A DNA stretch of 62,273 bases, filler included, from Chiloscyllium plagiosum (taxonomy: Eukaryota), in the NCBI RefSeq assembly GCF_004010195.1. It is 5 parts of one record of this genome, joined end to end, with 100 filler letters (N's around TTAATTAATTAA, not from the genome) between each part and the next. Parts side by side here need not be neighbours in the genome. Positions count along the whole stretch, not along the records: positions 44,019 to 58,802 come from NC_057710.1; positions 58,903 to 62,273 come from NC_057710.1; 3 more parts are not named here. One strand, given 5' to 3'. Of the stretch, positions 48,446 through 62,200 are shown piece after piece. Made by a program: the position numbers and the translations under genes. Position 1 is the stretch's first letter. Every line of letters starts with the position of its first letter. The notes under the pieces are model-generated. The model did no database searches. It saw only the letters and a program-made list of their open reading frames with translations, and was not told the origin of the DNA.

Positions 48446-49304
48446 TACTGAAGAGCTTTGAACTGGCATCAAAGATGTGAAAGGTGCTACGAAAATGCTA
48501 GCTCTTCTTCCCAACTCATGACATGGTCTGATTTAGACAGCATCACCACATTGGTTAAAGCACCCCATTAATGTTCACTGACAGCCTCACTATCATAATC
48601 AGCCAAAACACATTCGCCTTCATCAATTACTTTCTTTATTTTGAGGACCGAACAGTGATGACTTACAGTGTTTAAAATTGGAATTACTCATGTCAGGCAG
48701 TAGATATTATGAAAACATTCATCTTCACAGTCTACTGGGGAATAATTTGCATTGCAAATTCATCCCTTCTGGAATATTTTGCCGTTCCTTTTTACTGATT
48801 CCAGCATTTCTTTACATAATGGAGAAATGTGCTTGAGATGCAAATTTCAACTGTGCAGAACATACTTTCCACAGAAAGTGCATCTTGTCTCTTTCAGTTT
48901 ATTTCAATAAACTATCAGTAAAAATATGAACTGCAGAAGTTAACACAAGTCCCTGGCCAGAATTTACAAATGAGTACTAGAAAACAACACTGTATTAACC
49001 CAAAAATAAAAAAAAAGATCAAATTACATGAAAGCACTAAATAGAATCATACACATTCTGCCAGGAATTTCTGCATTTATTCCTTCCTGACCCTCCTCTG
49101 TTACTCATCCAAGGAGACAGCTGGTGAACAGGCTGAGGTTGGGATTTTAAACTCATCGAAGAAATACGTTGCTAATGTGAAGCGATGTTTGAACATTTGT
49201 TTACATTCATGGATCTGAACACAATGAGCATGTGCAGAGTGTGCAAATTTGAATGATTGAGTGAGTGTGTGCATGTCAAGAGTGTGGTGCTGAAAAAGCA
49301 CAGC

Positions 49305-51080
49305 ACAACCCTGGAAATTATAGACCTTTGAGCCTTACTTCGGTTGTGGGTAAAGTGTTTGAAAGGGTTATAAGAGATAGGATTTATAATCATCTAGAAA
49401 AGTAATAAGTTGATTAGGAATAGTCAACACAGTTTTGTGAAGGGTAGGGGTTATGCCTCACAAATGTTATTTAATTCTTTGATAAGGTGACCAAACAGGT
49501 GGATAAGGGTAAAACAGTTGATGTGGTGAATATGGATTTCAGTAAGACAGGCTATTGCAGAAAATGCGGAGGCATGTGATTGAGGGTGATTTAGCGGTTT
49601 GGATCAGAAATTAGCTAGCTGAAAGAAGATAGAGGGTGGTGGTTGATGGGAAATATTCATCCAAGAGTTCAGTTACTAGTGGTGTACCGCAAAGATCTGT
49701 TTTGGGTCCACTGTTTTTTGTCATTTTTAGAAATGACCTGGATTAGGGCAGAGAAGGATGGATTAGTAGATTTGTGGATGACACTAAGGTCAGTAGAATT
49801 GTGGGTACTGACAAAGGATGTTGTAGGTTACAGAGGGACATGCATAAGCTACAGAGCTGGGCTGAGAAGTGGCAAATGGATTTTAATGCAGAAAAGTGAG
49901 AGGCGATTCACATCGAAGGAGTAACAGGAATGCAGAGTACTGGACTAATGGTAAGATTCTTAGTAGTGTCGATGAGCAGAGAGATCTCGGTACTGCTCCG
50001 GCCAGAAACATCAATTTTCCTGCTCCTGGGATGCTGCCTGACCTGCTGTGCTTTTCCAGCAACTCACTCTCAACTCTGATCTCCAGCATTTGCAGTACTC
50101 ACTGTCTCCCAGAGAGATCTCGGTGTCCAGGTACACAGATCTTTGAAAGTTACCACCCAGGCTGATAGGGTTGTTAAGAAGGCATACGGTGTGTTAGTTT
50201 TTATTGGTAGAGGGATTGCGTTTTGGAGCTGTGAGGTCATGCTGCAGCTGTGCAAAACTCTGGTGCAGCTGCACTTGGAGTATTGCGACAAGTTCTGGTC
50301 ACCATATCATAGGAAGGATGTGGAAGCTTTGAAAAGGGTTCAGAGGAGATTTACTGGGATGTTGCCTGGTATGGAAGGAAGGCCTTACAAGGAAAGGCTG
50401 TTTTCATTGGAGCGAAGAAGGTTGAGTGGTGACTTAATTGAGACATATAAGATAATCAGAGGATTAGATAGGGTGGACAGTGAGACCCTTTTTCCTTGGA
50501 TGATGATGGTTAGCACATGGGCACATAGTTTTAAGTTGAGGTATAATAGATTTAGGACAGATAACAGGTGGTTTCCTTTACTCAGAGAGTAATAGGGGCG
50601 TGGAATGCACTGCCTGCAACTGTAGTAGACTCGCCAACTTTAGTAGCATTTAGATTAGATTAGATTAGATTACTTACAGTGTGGAAACAGGCCCTTCGGC
50701 ACAACAAGTTCACACCGACCTGCCGAAGCACAACCCACCCAGACCCATTCCCCTACATTTACCCCTTCACCTAACACTACGGGCAATTTAGCATAGCTAA
50801 TTCACCTAACCTGCATGTTTTTGGACTGTGGGAGGAAACACACGCAGACACGGGGAGAATGTGCAAACTCCACATTTGCCTGAGGTGGGAATTGAACCCC
50901 GGTCTCTGGCGCTGTGAGGCAGCAGTGCTAACCACTGTGCCACCATGCCGCCCACATTTAAATGGTCATTGGATGGACAAGAATGGAATAGTGTAGGTTT
51001 GATGGGCTTAAGATTGATTCCACAGGTTGACACAACATCGAGGGATGACGTACTGCTCTGTAATGTTCTATGTTCTATGT
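49305..51080 (+). mobile_element. CR1 ORF2 RT to 3' end with nested Penelope mini-insertion (49992-50109) and HE1 SINE (50652-50953, - strand)
   Basis: RVVKKAYGVL...LERRRLSGDLIETYK; 15-bp TSD cagagagatctcggt at 49977-49991 and 50110-50124. Confidence 0.9.
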
Positions 51081-51239
51081 CAAGCACATCTGAGGAGCAG
51101 GGAATCGATGTTTCGGGCATAAGCCCTTCAACATGTGTGTGCATATGTAAGAGAGACAGAGAAAGAGGTTGGTCTGCATCATGGCTACGCATTTCACTCA
51201 TGCTCACTTTGATACTGACTCTAACTGTTTATGGTACTT

Positions 51240-52415
51240 TGAACATAAATCAATACAGCACAGTACAGGCCCTTCAGTCCTTGGTGTTGTGTCGACCCTT
51301 TACCCTACTCTAAGATCAAACTAACCTACATACCCTTCAATTTACCATCATCAATGTGCCCATCCAAATGTCACTTAAATATCTCTAATGTTTCTGACTC
51401 TACTACCACCGCTGGCATTGCATTACACACACCCATCACCCTCTGTATAAAGAACCAGCCTCTGACATCTCCCTTAAACCTTCTTCCAATAACCTTGAAA
51501 TTAAGTCCCCTTGTGATAGCCATTCATTCCCTGGGAAAAAAAAGTCTGACTATTCGGTCTATCTATGCCCCTCATCATCTTGTACACTTCTATCAAATCA
51601 CCTCTCACCTTTTTTTCACTTCAATGAGAAAAGCCTTAGCTCCCTCAACCTTTCTTCATATGATATGCCCTCCAGTCAGATAACATCCTGGTAAATCTCC
51701 TCTGCACCCTCTCTCTAAAGCTTCCACATCCTTCCGATAATGAGGTGACCAGAACTGAACACAATATTCAAAGTGTGGTTTAATCAGGGCTCTATAGAGC
51801 TGCAGCATAGCCTCACAGCTCTTAAACTCAATCCCCCTGCTAACGAAAACCAACGCACCATACACCTTCTTAACAACCCTATCAACTTGGGTAGCAAGTG
51901 GAGGGATTTATGGAGATGGACCCTAAGATTTCTCTGTACCTCCACACTGCCAAGAATCCTGCCTTTAATCCTGCATTCTGCATTCAAATTTACTTTCCAA
52001 AATGAATCACCTCACAATTTTCCAGGTTGAACTCCAATTGCTATTTCTCAGCCCAGCTCTGCATCCTGTCAATGTCCCATTGCAATCTACAACAGCCCTC
52101 CACAATATCCACCACTCCACCAACCTTCATGTCATCAGCAAACTCACTAAACCACTTCCTCATCCAAGTCAGAACAGATCCCTGCAGAATGCCACTGGTC
52201 ACTAAGCTCTAGACTGATTGTTTTCCATCTACTACCATCTGTCTTCTATTGGCTAGCCAATTCTGTATCAAGACAGCCAGCTTTCCCTGTATCCTAAGCC
52301 TCCTTACTTTCTGAATGAGCTTACCACAGGGAACCTTACAAAACACCTTGCTACAATCCACATACACCACATCCACTATTCCACCTTCATTAATGTAATC
52401 TGTCACATCCTCAAA
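51240..52415 (-). mobile_element. CR1 RT to 3' end (same subfamily as 44822-45900)
   Basis: VDVVYVDCSKVFCKVP; LYRALIKPHFEYCVQFWSPHYRKDVEALER. Confidence 0.85.
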
Positions 52416-52515
52416 GGCCGCACCCCTCCAAACACCAGCTGGCCGGTTACATGCCTCCTGGAGTGGGGTGGAGTCTCGCTCTTGATGCGAGTGTGAGTCA
52501 ATGAATGAGACAGTA

Positions 52516-52519
<4 letters not shown>

Positions 52520-52547
<28 letters not shown>
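52520..52547 (+). repeat. (GA)n microsatellite
   Basis: Continuous agagag run. Confidence 0.95.
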
Positions 52548-52551
<4 letters not shown>

Positions 52552-52643
52552 TGTTTGAGATGGTTACCTGTGTTGTTTACCTCAGGGATAGGGAGAGCTG
52601 GAGCTGTCGCTACTGCCACTTGATGTGCAGCGTGGTGGTATAT

Positions 52644-52994
52644 CATAGAATTGCTACACTGTGGAAGCAGGCCATTTAGCCCATCAAGTCCACACCAATC
52701 CTCTAATGAGCATCTATCTTAAACCCTCTCCCCATCACTGTAAACCTGCATTTCCCATGGCCAACACATCTAACCTGCACATCCCTGTACAACAATGGAT
52801 AATTTAGAATGGCCAAACCACGTAAACTGCACATTGTTGGACCGTGGGAGGGAACCGGAGCACCCAGAGGGGACCCACACAGACACAGGGAGAACATACA
52901 AACTCCACACAGTCAGTTGTCTGAGGGTAGAATTGAACCCGGTTCCACGGAGCTGTGAACCAGCAGTGCTAAACATTGAGCCACCGTGCCACGC
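52644..52994 (-). mobile_element. HE1-type SINE
   Basis: Reverse head gcgtggcacggtggctcaatgtttagcactgctgg. Confidence 0.85.
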
Positions 52995-53059
52995 CTAGAG
53001 GTGAGAATGTATCCTTGGAGATCAGTCAATAAGCACAGATTTAGTGGATTAATAACAAC

Positions 53060-53403
53060 TGAGAGAACTGAGGATGCTGTAAATCCGAAACAAAAGCAGA
53101 AGTTGCTGGAAAAGCTCAGCAGGTCTGCAACATCTGTGAAGAGAAATCAGAGTTAACGTTTCAAATCCGGTGACCCTTCCTCAGAACTGATGATAGGGAG
53201 GAAAATGTTTCTTATGCAGAAGATAGGGTCGGGGGAGAGGGGGTAAGGAGTAATCAATAGTTGGGGATAGAGCCCAAAGAGAGAGAAGAACAGTTGGACA
53301 GACAACCGAGTCGATAACAATCTGGCTGGGAGGGTGAATAGCTGTTAAAGGGAACTGTTAGTGCCTAACAATAGGTAGTGTGCAATGGCAGACTACATGA
53401 TAA
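53060..53403 (-). mobile_element. Penelope terminal repeat/3'UTR (same subfamily as 38622-38915)
   Basis: Reverse ctgaggaagggtcaccggatttgaaacgtt hammerhead-like core at ~53155-53184. Confidence 0.75.
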
Positions 53404-53405
53404 GA

Positions 53406-55620
53406 AGACAATAGACAATAGACAATAGATGCAGGAGTAGGCCATTCAGCCCTTCGAGCCTGCACCGCTATTCAATATAAATATGGCTGATCATTCCTAA
53501 TCAGTATCCTGTTCCTGCCTTATCTCCATAATCCTCGATTCCACTATCTTTGAGAGCTCTATCCAACTCCTTCTTAAATTAATCCAGAGAGTGGGCCTCC
53601 ACTGCCCTCTGGGGCAGAGCATTCCACACAGCCACCACTCTCTGGGTGAAGAAGTTTCTCCTCATCGCTGTCCTAAATGGTCTACCCCGTATTTTTAAGC
53701 TGTGTCCTCTGGTTCGGCACTCACCCATCAGCGGAAACATGTTTCCTACTGCCAGAGTGTCCAATCCTTTCATAATCTTATACGTCTCAATCAGATCCCC
53801 TCTCAATCTTCGAAACCCAAGGGTATACAAACCCAGTCGCTTCAGTCTTTCAGTGTAAGGTAATCCTGCCATTCGTGAACCTACGCTGCACTCCCTCAAT
53901 AGCCAGAATGTCTTTTCTCAAATTTGGAGACCAGAACTGCACACAGTACTCCAGGTGTGGTCTCACCAGGGCCCTGTACAACTGCAGAAGCACCTCTTTG
54001 CTTCTATACCTAATCCCTCTTGTTATGGAGGCCATCATGCTATTAGCCTTCTTCACTACCCGCTGTACCTGCATGCTTNNNNNNNNNNNNNNNNNNNNNN
54101 NNNNNNNNNNNNNNNNNNNNNNNNNNNNNNNNNNNNNNNNNNNNNNNNNNNNNNNNNNNNNNNNNNNNNNNNNNNNNNNNNNNNNNNNNNNNNNNNNNNN
54201 NNNNNNNNNNNNNNNNNNNNNNNNNNNNNNNNNNNNNNNNNNNNNNNNNNNNNNNNNNNNNNNNNNNNNNNNNNNNNNNNNNNNNNNNNNNNNNNNNNNN
54301 NNNNNNNNNNNNNNNNNNNNNNNNNNNNNNNNNNNNNNNNNNNNNNNNNNNNNNNNNNNNNTACTGGATCTCCCTTGTCCATCTTCAGAGTTACATCCTC
54401 ACAGTATTCCAGAAGATTAGTCAAGCATGATTTCCCCTTCATAGATCCATGCTGACTCTGTCCTATCCTGTTACTACTATCCTTTATAATAGACTCCAGC
54501 ATCTTTCCCACCACTGAGGTCAGACTAACTGGTCTATAATTTCCTGCTTTCTCTCGCCCACCTTTCTTAAAAAGTGGTATAACATTAGCCACCCTCCAAT
54601 CCTCAGGAACCGACCCCGAATCTATTGAACTTTGGAAAATAATCACCAACGCATCCACGATTTCCCGAGCCATCTCCTTCAGTACCCTGGGATGCAGACC
54701 ATCAGGCCCCGGAGACTTACCAAACTTCAGACCTAACAGCCTCTCCAACGCCAAATCCTGGCAAATATAAATTCCCTTAAGTTCAGGTCCTTCAGCCACT
54801 GTTACCTCAGGGAGATTGCTTGTGTCTTCCCAAGTGAACACAGATCTGAAGTACCCATTTAATTTCTCTGACATTTCTTGGTTCCTAGTAATATATTCCC
54901 CTGTTTCTGTCTTCAAGGGCCCAATTTTTCTCCTAACCATTTTTTTGCCTTGCACATACCTAAAAAAGCTTTTACTATCCTCCTTAATATTCTTGGCCAT
55001 TTACCTTCGTACCTCATATTTACTCTGCGTATTTCCTTCTTAGTAATCCTCTGTTGCTCTTTAAAAGCTTCCCAGTCCTCAGTTTTCCCACTTATCTTAG
55101 CTATGCTATACTTTTTCTCTTTTAGCTTTATATGTTTCTTTACTTCCCTTGTCAGCCACGGCCGCCCATGCCTCCTCCTGGGATCTTTCTTCCTTTTAGG
55201 AATGAACTGATCCTGCAACTTCTGCATTATACACAGAAATATCTGCCATTGTTCCTCCACGGTCATCCCTGCTCAGGTATTGCACCATTGACCTTTGGCC
55301 AGCTCCTCCCTCATAGCTCCATCGTTCCCTTTATTCAACAGAAGTACTGTCACTTCTGACTGTACCCTCTCTCTCTCAAATTGCAGATTGAAGCTTAATG
55401 TATTATGGTCACTACTTCCCAATGGCTCCTTCACTTCGAGGTCTCTGACCAATTCTGGTTCGTTACACAATACCAGATCCAGAATTGCCTTCTCCCTGCT
55501 CGGCTCCAGCACCAGCTGCTCTAAAAATCCATCTCTGAGGCACTCCACAAAGTCTCTTTCTTGAGACCCCATACCATCCTGATTCTCCCAGTCTACCTGC
55601 ATGCCAAAATACCCCATAAC
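53406..55620 (-). mobile_element. Young CR1 ORF2 (endonuclease C-term, RT, 3' end with (CTATTGT)n tail), gapped and frameshifted
   Basis: AILDLVLCNEP...LGSSDH; KSPGPDGLHPRVLKE; NYRPVSLTS; NFFTQRVVAVWNALP. Confidence 0.92.
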
Positions 55621-55639
55621 AACTCATCCAATCCCCTCT

Positions 55640-58600
55640 TGAACATGTCCATTGGACATCCATTTACAACACATCCAAGTGTATCCTGACTACTCACCAA
55701 ATGAAAAGGTTCTTACTTCAATCAGATTTCTCCTGTTGTACATAACTTGAAATCTGTGCCCTCTCGTTTTTCCCACCTTTTGGGAGTGGGTACAGTTTTA
55801 TCCAATCTAATCTATTCAGTCTGCCTATGAGTTTGAAAAACTGCATCTGATCTCCTCTTAGCCACCTTTACTTCAGTGAGAACAGGTGCAACATTTTCAG
55901 TCTGACTTCGTAACTGATCTTACTTATTCCCAGAAATACTCTTTTAGATCAGTTCTTCATCCTTTCCAATGTGTTCATAGCAGTCCTATCATGTGACACC
56001 CAGGAATGTATACAATACTCCAGTTGAGGTCGAATGTGTTTGATGCAAATTCAACATCACCTCCTGACTCATGCACTACCAATATTTATTCAGACAGGAA
56101 CACTGCATGCTTTACCTATGTTTAATGTTCTACAAACTTCATTGATCTTTGCACATCCTCTGCTCCAGTATTCCTGCATATTTTATATTGTCTTTTAACG
56201 TTCTTGTTGGAAATTTGCATTGTCTCATATTTCAATGATGCCAAACTTCATCAATCACCTCTCCACTCTTTCTAAGATGTTGGCGATGTAACTTTAGAGT
56301 TCTATAATGTTTTCCTCACAGTTTATAATTTCTTTAAGTGCTGCGTCAACTGTAAACGTTGAATGGGTCCCTGCACACCAGATGTGCATCGTTCATACAT
56401 ATAAAAATGAATGATGTCCCCAAAACTGAATCCTGCGGAACTTCACTGAAAATCTTTCTCCAGCCTGAATTAAAAATCTAGTGACCATTCCTCTCGATTC
56501 CTTACCAATCAGTCAATTTTGTTTCCAAATTGATACAGTCCATTTTATTCGATGAATGAATGGATGAATGAATGATTTAATGTCAGATATATCGAGGGGA
56601 AAAATCGTGAAACACGTTTGTTGCCTGTACCACAAAGATATGTTCATCAAAGTTGTACCTTTCGAGTGACAGAGTTTCCTACTCTGTCACCATGGCCTGG
56701 GTGGGTTCGGCCACTTTGGTAAAGACAGAGATGAAGTATTCATCTCACACTCAGCCATTCCCCTTCTTCTCAGTATAAATCCTCTTTCAAGTGTTGAATC
56801 AGCCTTACTCCAACTTTTTGCACGCTCCCTTAGAGGTGTGACAACTTTATGTTGGCTCTCCGTTTCCTCATAAATCCCTCGGCTGTATCATCTCTACCCT
56901 GAACCTTCAGCATTTCTCCTAGTTCACAATTCTGTTCTCTATCTGACAGCTATTCAATTGTTCTTCACCTTAACCTTTTGCTCCATTGTCACCGAGGGAG
57001 CATTGGGTTTGTTTACCCTGCCTTTCCAGGGTGAGGAACTATTCCTCGAATGGACCAAAGTCATTGAAGGGAGTCCATTGTTCAAGTTTTCTTTTTCTGA
57101 CCAACTTGGTGTTCCGGCCATACTTTCCAAGATTCATTCTTGCCCCACTGAAGGCAGCACCCAGTCGATAGATTTTTCTCAAACTTAGCATTCTCTACCA
57201 TCATTCTGAACGTTACAATAAAATGATCATCCTGCCTGAAAATGTTCCCACCTGATACTGGATCCACTTTCCCCACCACTTTTCCAAGGTAACAGTCCAT
57301 GGTCCCTTGGGGTGGGCACATACTCCTGCAATAAGCTCTCCTCCATGCAATCCGTCACTGCCCAGACACGGTCAGTATCCCAGACTGTATCTGGATAATG
57401 CAAGTTTCTTAACACTATCACGTTGCCATCTCTGTATCGTTTTCACTAGTTGGCAGCCCACAGACGGTCCCTCACAGTGTAACCGTATAGTTGTGTTTAT
57501 GAAAGCTCCAGCCAAATTCATTCTGAACTTGGAGGCATCAACTTAATCTCAGACTCATTAACTAACACTATCCTGAACCAATACTTCTACACTTCATCCT
57601 TTTCTTTCCTTTATATCATTTCTGAATACGTTATACATTGGGCTCCATACATCAGGAAGGATGCATTGGCCCTGGAGCAGGTCCAGAGGAAGTTCACAAG
57701 AAAAATCCCAGGAATGAAAGGCTTAACAGATGAGGAATGTTTGCGGGCACTGGTACTATACGTGATGGAGTTTAGAAGGACAAGGGGAGTTCTGATTGAA
57801 ACTTACAGAATACTGAATGGCTTGGACAGAGTGGACGTTGGGAAGATGTTTCCATTGACAGGAGAGACGAGTAACCAAGGGCACAGCCTTCGAGTCAAGG
57901 GAAAACCTATTAGATCGGAGATAAGAGGAAACGTCTTCAGCCCGAGAGTGGGGAATCTGTGGAATTCATTGCCACAGAAGGCTGTGGATGCAGGGTCATT
58001 GAGCAGATTTAAAACAAAGATAGAAAAGTTCTTGATTGCCATGAGATCAAAGGGGGAAAGAAGGAAAACGGGCTTGAAAAACCGATCAGTCAAATGTGAA
58101 TGGTGGAGCAGACTTGATGAACACAGTGACATTCTTGATACCACGATCCTGGAATTACATCGACAGTCACAGAAACACTGAAACCTTCTTCAATTTCCTG
58201 ACTGCTCTGTGACTATCGCCCCTTCTTCCTTCTCCCTCCCCTCCTGTACAGTCAGGCTGCTTGTGGTACCACAGATATGGGTCTGACTGCATCCTCTGAG
58301 CAGCCCGCATCTTCATCAGCTTCCAAACTGGGAAACTGAATTGGGAGGGAGCCTCACCTCCCCTCCCCCCCCCCCCCCCAGGGTAATCCTGTATTCCCTG
58401 ACCGTATCTCTTGACTGATCACCCATTCCCTTCTTTCTTACAGGCCGTTATGACAGCAGTGTGATCCCCTCCCTGTATGAGTTATCCACCTAACTCTCAG
58501 CATCATAGATGTCTCACAGAATCTCCAGTCATTAACTGAGCTGCATGACCCGGTGTTCGTCTCGAACACCAGCAGGGGCTATGACTTCCTAATGTAACAG
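55640..58600 (-). mobile_element. Old, long CR1 (ORF1 remnant ~58150-58600, ORF2 ~57600-55640), interrupted by a + strand CR1 3' fragment at ~57636-58125
   Basis: Decayed RT/EN phrases on the - strand; nested ALEQVQRKFTRKIPGMKGL...LWNSLPQKAV. Confidence 0.6.
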
Positions 58601-58902
58601 AAAACGTTTCCCATTTGACCAACCTGCAGTACACAATATAAGCTGAAACGTGTTTAGTCTTACTCAATGAATTACGTTGGATAAAGTTAATATCAGAGAC
58701 ATACGTTTCACATGCATTCCCTTATCGGTCTGTAGCTGACTGAGATTCTTTATTATCCTGATTCAGACTTTCAATTATTACTGATATTTCAGCCTTCAGC
58801 CCNNNNNNNNNNNNNNNNNNNNNNNNNNNNNNNNNNNNNNNNNNNNTTAATTAATTAANNNNNNNNNNNNNNNNNNNNNNNNNNNNNNNNNNNNNNNNNN
58901 NN

Positions 58903-59232
58903 TCATCCATCTTATTTCTAATGCTTCGTGCATTCATGTATAGTATTTTTAATTTGTTACTGCTCTCACCCTTCCCATCAACCCTTATTTCACTCAACCT
59001 TACAGCATGATCCCTTTCCGAGTTTTCTGCCTCATTAATACAGTTGTCTTTCTTGACTTCTCTTGTTCTAACTTTCCCTTCAATTTCCTTTTTAAACATC
59101 CAGCTTGTCCCCTCCCCCCCGCTACTTAGTTTAAATGTAGCGGTGCTGCAGTAGAAAACCTGCCTGCCAGAATACTGGTCCCTAACCTATTAAGGTGCAA
59201 GCCGTCTCTCTTGTAGAATTTATGTTTACCAC
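58903..59232 (-). mobile_element. CR1 ORF1 esterase C-terminus and ORF2 start
   Basis: FYKRDGLHLNRLGTSILAGRF (SGNH DxxH motif); KLKILYMNARSIRNKMD. Confidence 0.85.
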
Positions 59233-62200
59233 CCTGGTGGTGGGGTCCATTTGGAGGTGGCGGAAATGTCGGCAGATGATGCAGTTTATGCAAAGGTGGT
59301 AGAGTGGAAGGTGAGCACCAGGGGTGTTCTGTCCTTGTTACGGTTGGAGGTGTGGGGTTTGAGGGCGGAGGTGCGGGATCTGGATGAGATGTGTTGGAGG
59401 GCATCTTCAGCAATGTGGGAAGGGAAATTGCGGTCTTTAAAGAAGGAGGCCATCTGGTGTGTTCTGTTGTGGAACTGGTCCTCCCGGGAGCAAATATGGT
59501 GGAGGCGGAGGAATTGGGAATACGGGATAGAATTTTTGCAGGAGGTAGGGTGGGAAGAGGTGTAATCCTGGTAGCTGTGGGAGTCAGTGGGTTTGTAAAA
59601 AATATCAGTATTATGTCGGTCATCATTAACGGAGATAAAGAGATCCAGGAAGGGGAGGGAGGTGTCAGAGATGGTCCAGGTGAATTTAAGGTCGGGGTGG
59701 AATGTGTTGATGAAGTTGATGAATTGCTCAACCTCCTCGCGGGAGCACAAGGTGGCGCCAATGCAGTCATTAATATAGCGGAGTAAGAAGTGGGGAGTGG
59801 TGCTGGTGTAACTACAGAAGATGAACTGTTCTACGTAACCAACAAAGAGACAGGCATAGCTGGGGCCCACACGGGCGCCCATGGCTACCCCTTTGGTCTC
59901 GAGGAAGTGGGAGGATTCAAAGGAGAAATTGTTAAGGGAGAGGACAAGTTCAGCCAAACGAATGAGAGCGTCAGTGGAAGGGTACTGTGGGGGTGTTGAG
60001 AGAAGAAGAAACAGATTGGATATCCATGGTGAAGATGAGGCATTGGGGACCAGGGAAACGGAAGTCTTGGAGGAGGTGAAGGGGGTGGGTGGTGTCTCGA
60101 ACGTATGTAGGGAGTTCCTAGACTAGGTGGGAATAGAAAGAAAGTGAGGACTGCAGATGCTGGAGATCAGAGCTGAAAATGTGTTGCTAGAAAAGCGCAG
60201 CAGGTCAGGCAGCATCCAAGGAACAGGAGAATCGACGTTTCGGGCATAAGCCCTTCTTCAGGTGGGAATAGGACAGTATTGAGGTAGGTGGAGATGAGTT
60301 TGGTGGGGCAGGAACATGCTGAGACCATGGGCTGTCCGGGGTGGTCAGGCTTGTGAATCTTGGGAAGGAGGTAGAACGGGCGGTGCAGGGTTCCCCGACT
60401 ACGAGGTTGGAAGCTGTGGGTGGGAGATCTCCTGAGGTGATGAGGTTCTGTATGGTCTGGGAGATGATGGTTTGGTGATGGGGGTAGGGTCATGGTCGAG
60501 GGGGCGGTAGGAAGAGGTTTCATCGAGTTGGGGTCTGGCTTCAGCGGTGTAGAGGTCAGTGCGCCAGACTACCACTGCACCCCCTTTATCCGTTGGTTTG
60601 ATGGTGAGGTTGGGAATAGAGCAGAGGTATTGGAGGGCTGCGTGTTGTGAGGGTGAAAGATTGGAGTGGGGGAGGGGGTTAGACAGGTTGAGGTGGTTAA
60701 TGTCCCAATGGCAGTTGGAAATGGAGAGGTCGAGGGCAGGTAATAGGTCAGCACGGGATGTCCAGGTGGATGGAGTGTGTAGGAGGCGAGTGAAGGGGTC
60801 CTTGGAAGGTAGGCGAGAGTCCTGATTGTAAAAGTAAGCTCGGAGGCGGAGGCGGCGGAAGAAGTGTTCGACGTCACTGCATGTATTAAATTCATTGATG
60901 CGTGGGCAGAGGGGGATGAAGGTGAGTCCTTTGCTGAGGACTGATTGTTTGTCCTCAGTGAGGGGAGGTCAGGGGGAATGATGAAAACTTGGCAGGGCTG
61001 GGAGCTGGGACTCGGTGTGGGTGTGGAGCTGGGAGTAGGGGTGGAGCCTGTAACTGGAGTGGGTGTGGTGGTGGGGGGAATGGGGGTGGAGTCATGAGCA
61101 GGGGTGGTGTTCCCCTCAGGGTTTTGGGAGCGGTGATGGTGATACTGGGACCTGTGGGGGGCATGTTGGCAGAATGCAGGTGAGTGGCGCTGGTGTGAGT
61201 GGAAGTGGTGGTGAACACGGCGTTAGAAGGGGCGGAAGTCGCTGAGCGTGTGACATCAGCGATGACGTGGGTGGGGCGCGGAAGTGATGTCACATGTGGT
61301 GCATGAGGAATCGTGATGGGAGGAAGTGGCCGTGGAAGTGGCCATGGTTGGGGGCGGAAGTGACGTCATCGATCGCCCTGGAGATGGTAGCTGTACCAGC
61401 CACATGGCTAATAGAATCCAAGCAGTTCCAGAGGCCGGGGGAATCCTCTGGAAAGTTTGAGAAGTGCTGGTTATGGAGGTGGGTATATAAAAGTTTGTTG
61501 TAATTACAGTTTTTGATGATTGAGATGGTGTTGAAATACTGTTTATTGTGAGTATGAATTCTTCTTAATATATAGGACTGAAGGGGTCCTTTGCAGTTCT
61601 GAGAGAGTGTGGCCCTCAGTTGAGGCAGGGCCGACTGTAGAGAGGTTAGGTGCCAATGCATTGCTGCGAGCGTGGAGCGGAGGATCCTGAAGGAGAACCA
61701 TTGCTGGTGGTTTTGAATCTGTAGTCTGTACTGTTTGTCCTGTTTGGGTCCAAACTGTGCTGGTTTGAATGTAGTCCGGAGTCAATGTGGGATCAGTTGG
61801 TTACAGAGGCAGGCACTGAGGAAGCAGATATGGCTGTGGTAGCGAGTCTGTTTCAGGACATGATTGAAGATCTTCAGGACAGAGGAGATGACCTGGGGGT
61901 TGCAGTGAGAGAGAGACTCACTGAGATTCTTGTGGAGAGAGGAGGAGAACTTCTTCAAGGTAGGCATCCTAAAATCACCTAGGCAAAAGTGAGGACTGAA
62001 GATGCAGGAAACCAGAGTCGAGATCAGAGTGGTGCTGGAAAAGCACAGCAGGTCAGGCAGCATCTGAGGAGTGGGAAAATCGATGTTGCAGGCAAAAGCC
62101 CTTCATCAGGAATGGAGGCAGGAAGCCTCCAGGGTGGAGAGATAAATGGGCAGGGATGGGGCTGGGGAGAAGGTAGCAAAGAGTACAATAGGTTAATGGG

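Larger units (their letters stand above)
47175..48510 (+). mobile_element. Old Deu-domain SINE split by two nested insertions
   Basis: Head tggcccagtggttacgctctcacctctaagtcagag; caggcggacacaaaagatc; 3' pieces aagcaattcattggcact | gaagagctttg...gtgaaaggtgctacgaaaatgc. Confidence 0.55.

Noticed and set aside
59126..59770. 214-aa ORF ending in DGLHLN
   Set aside because: Off-frame Penelope sequence joined by chance to a CR1 ORF1 esterase tail.
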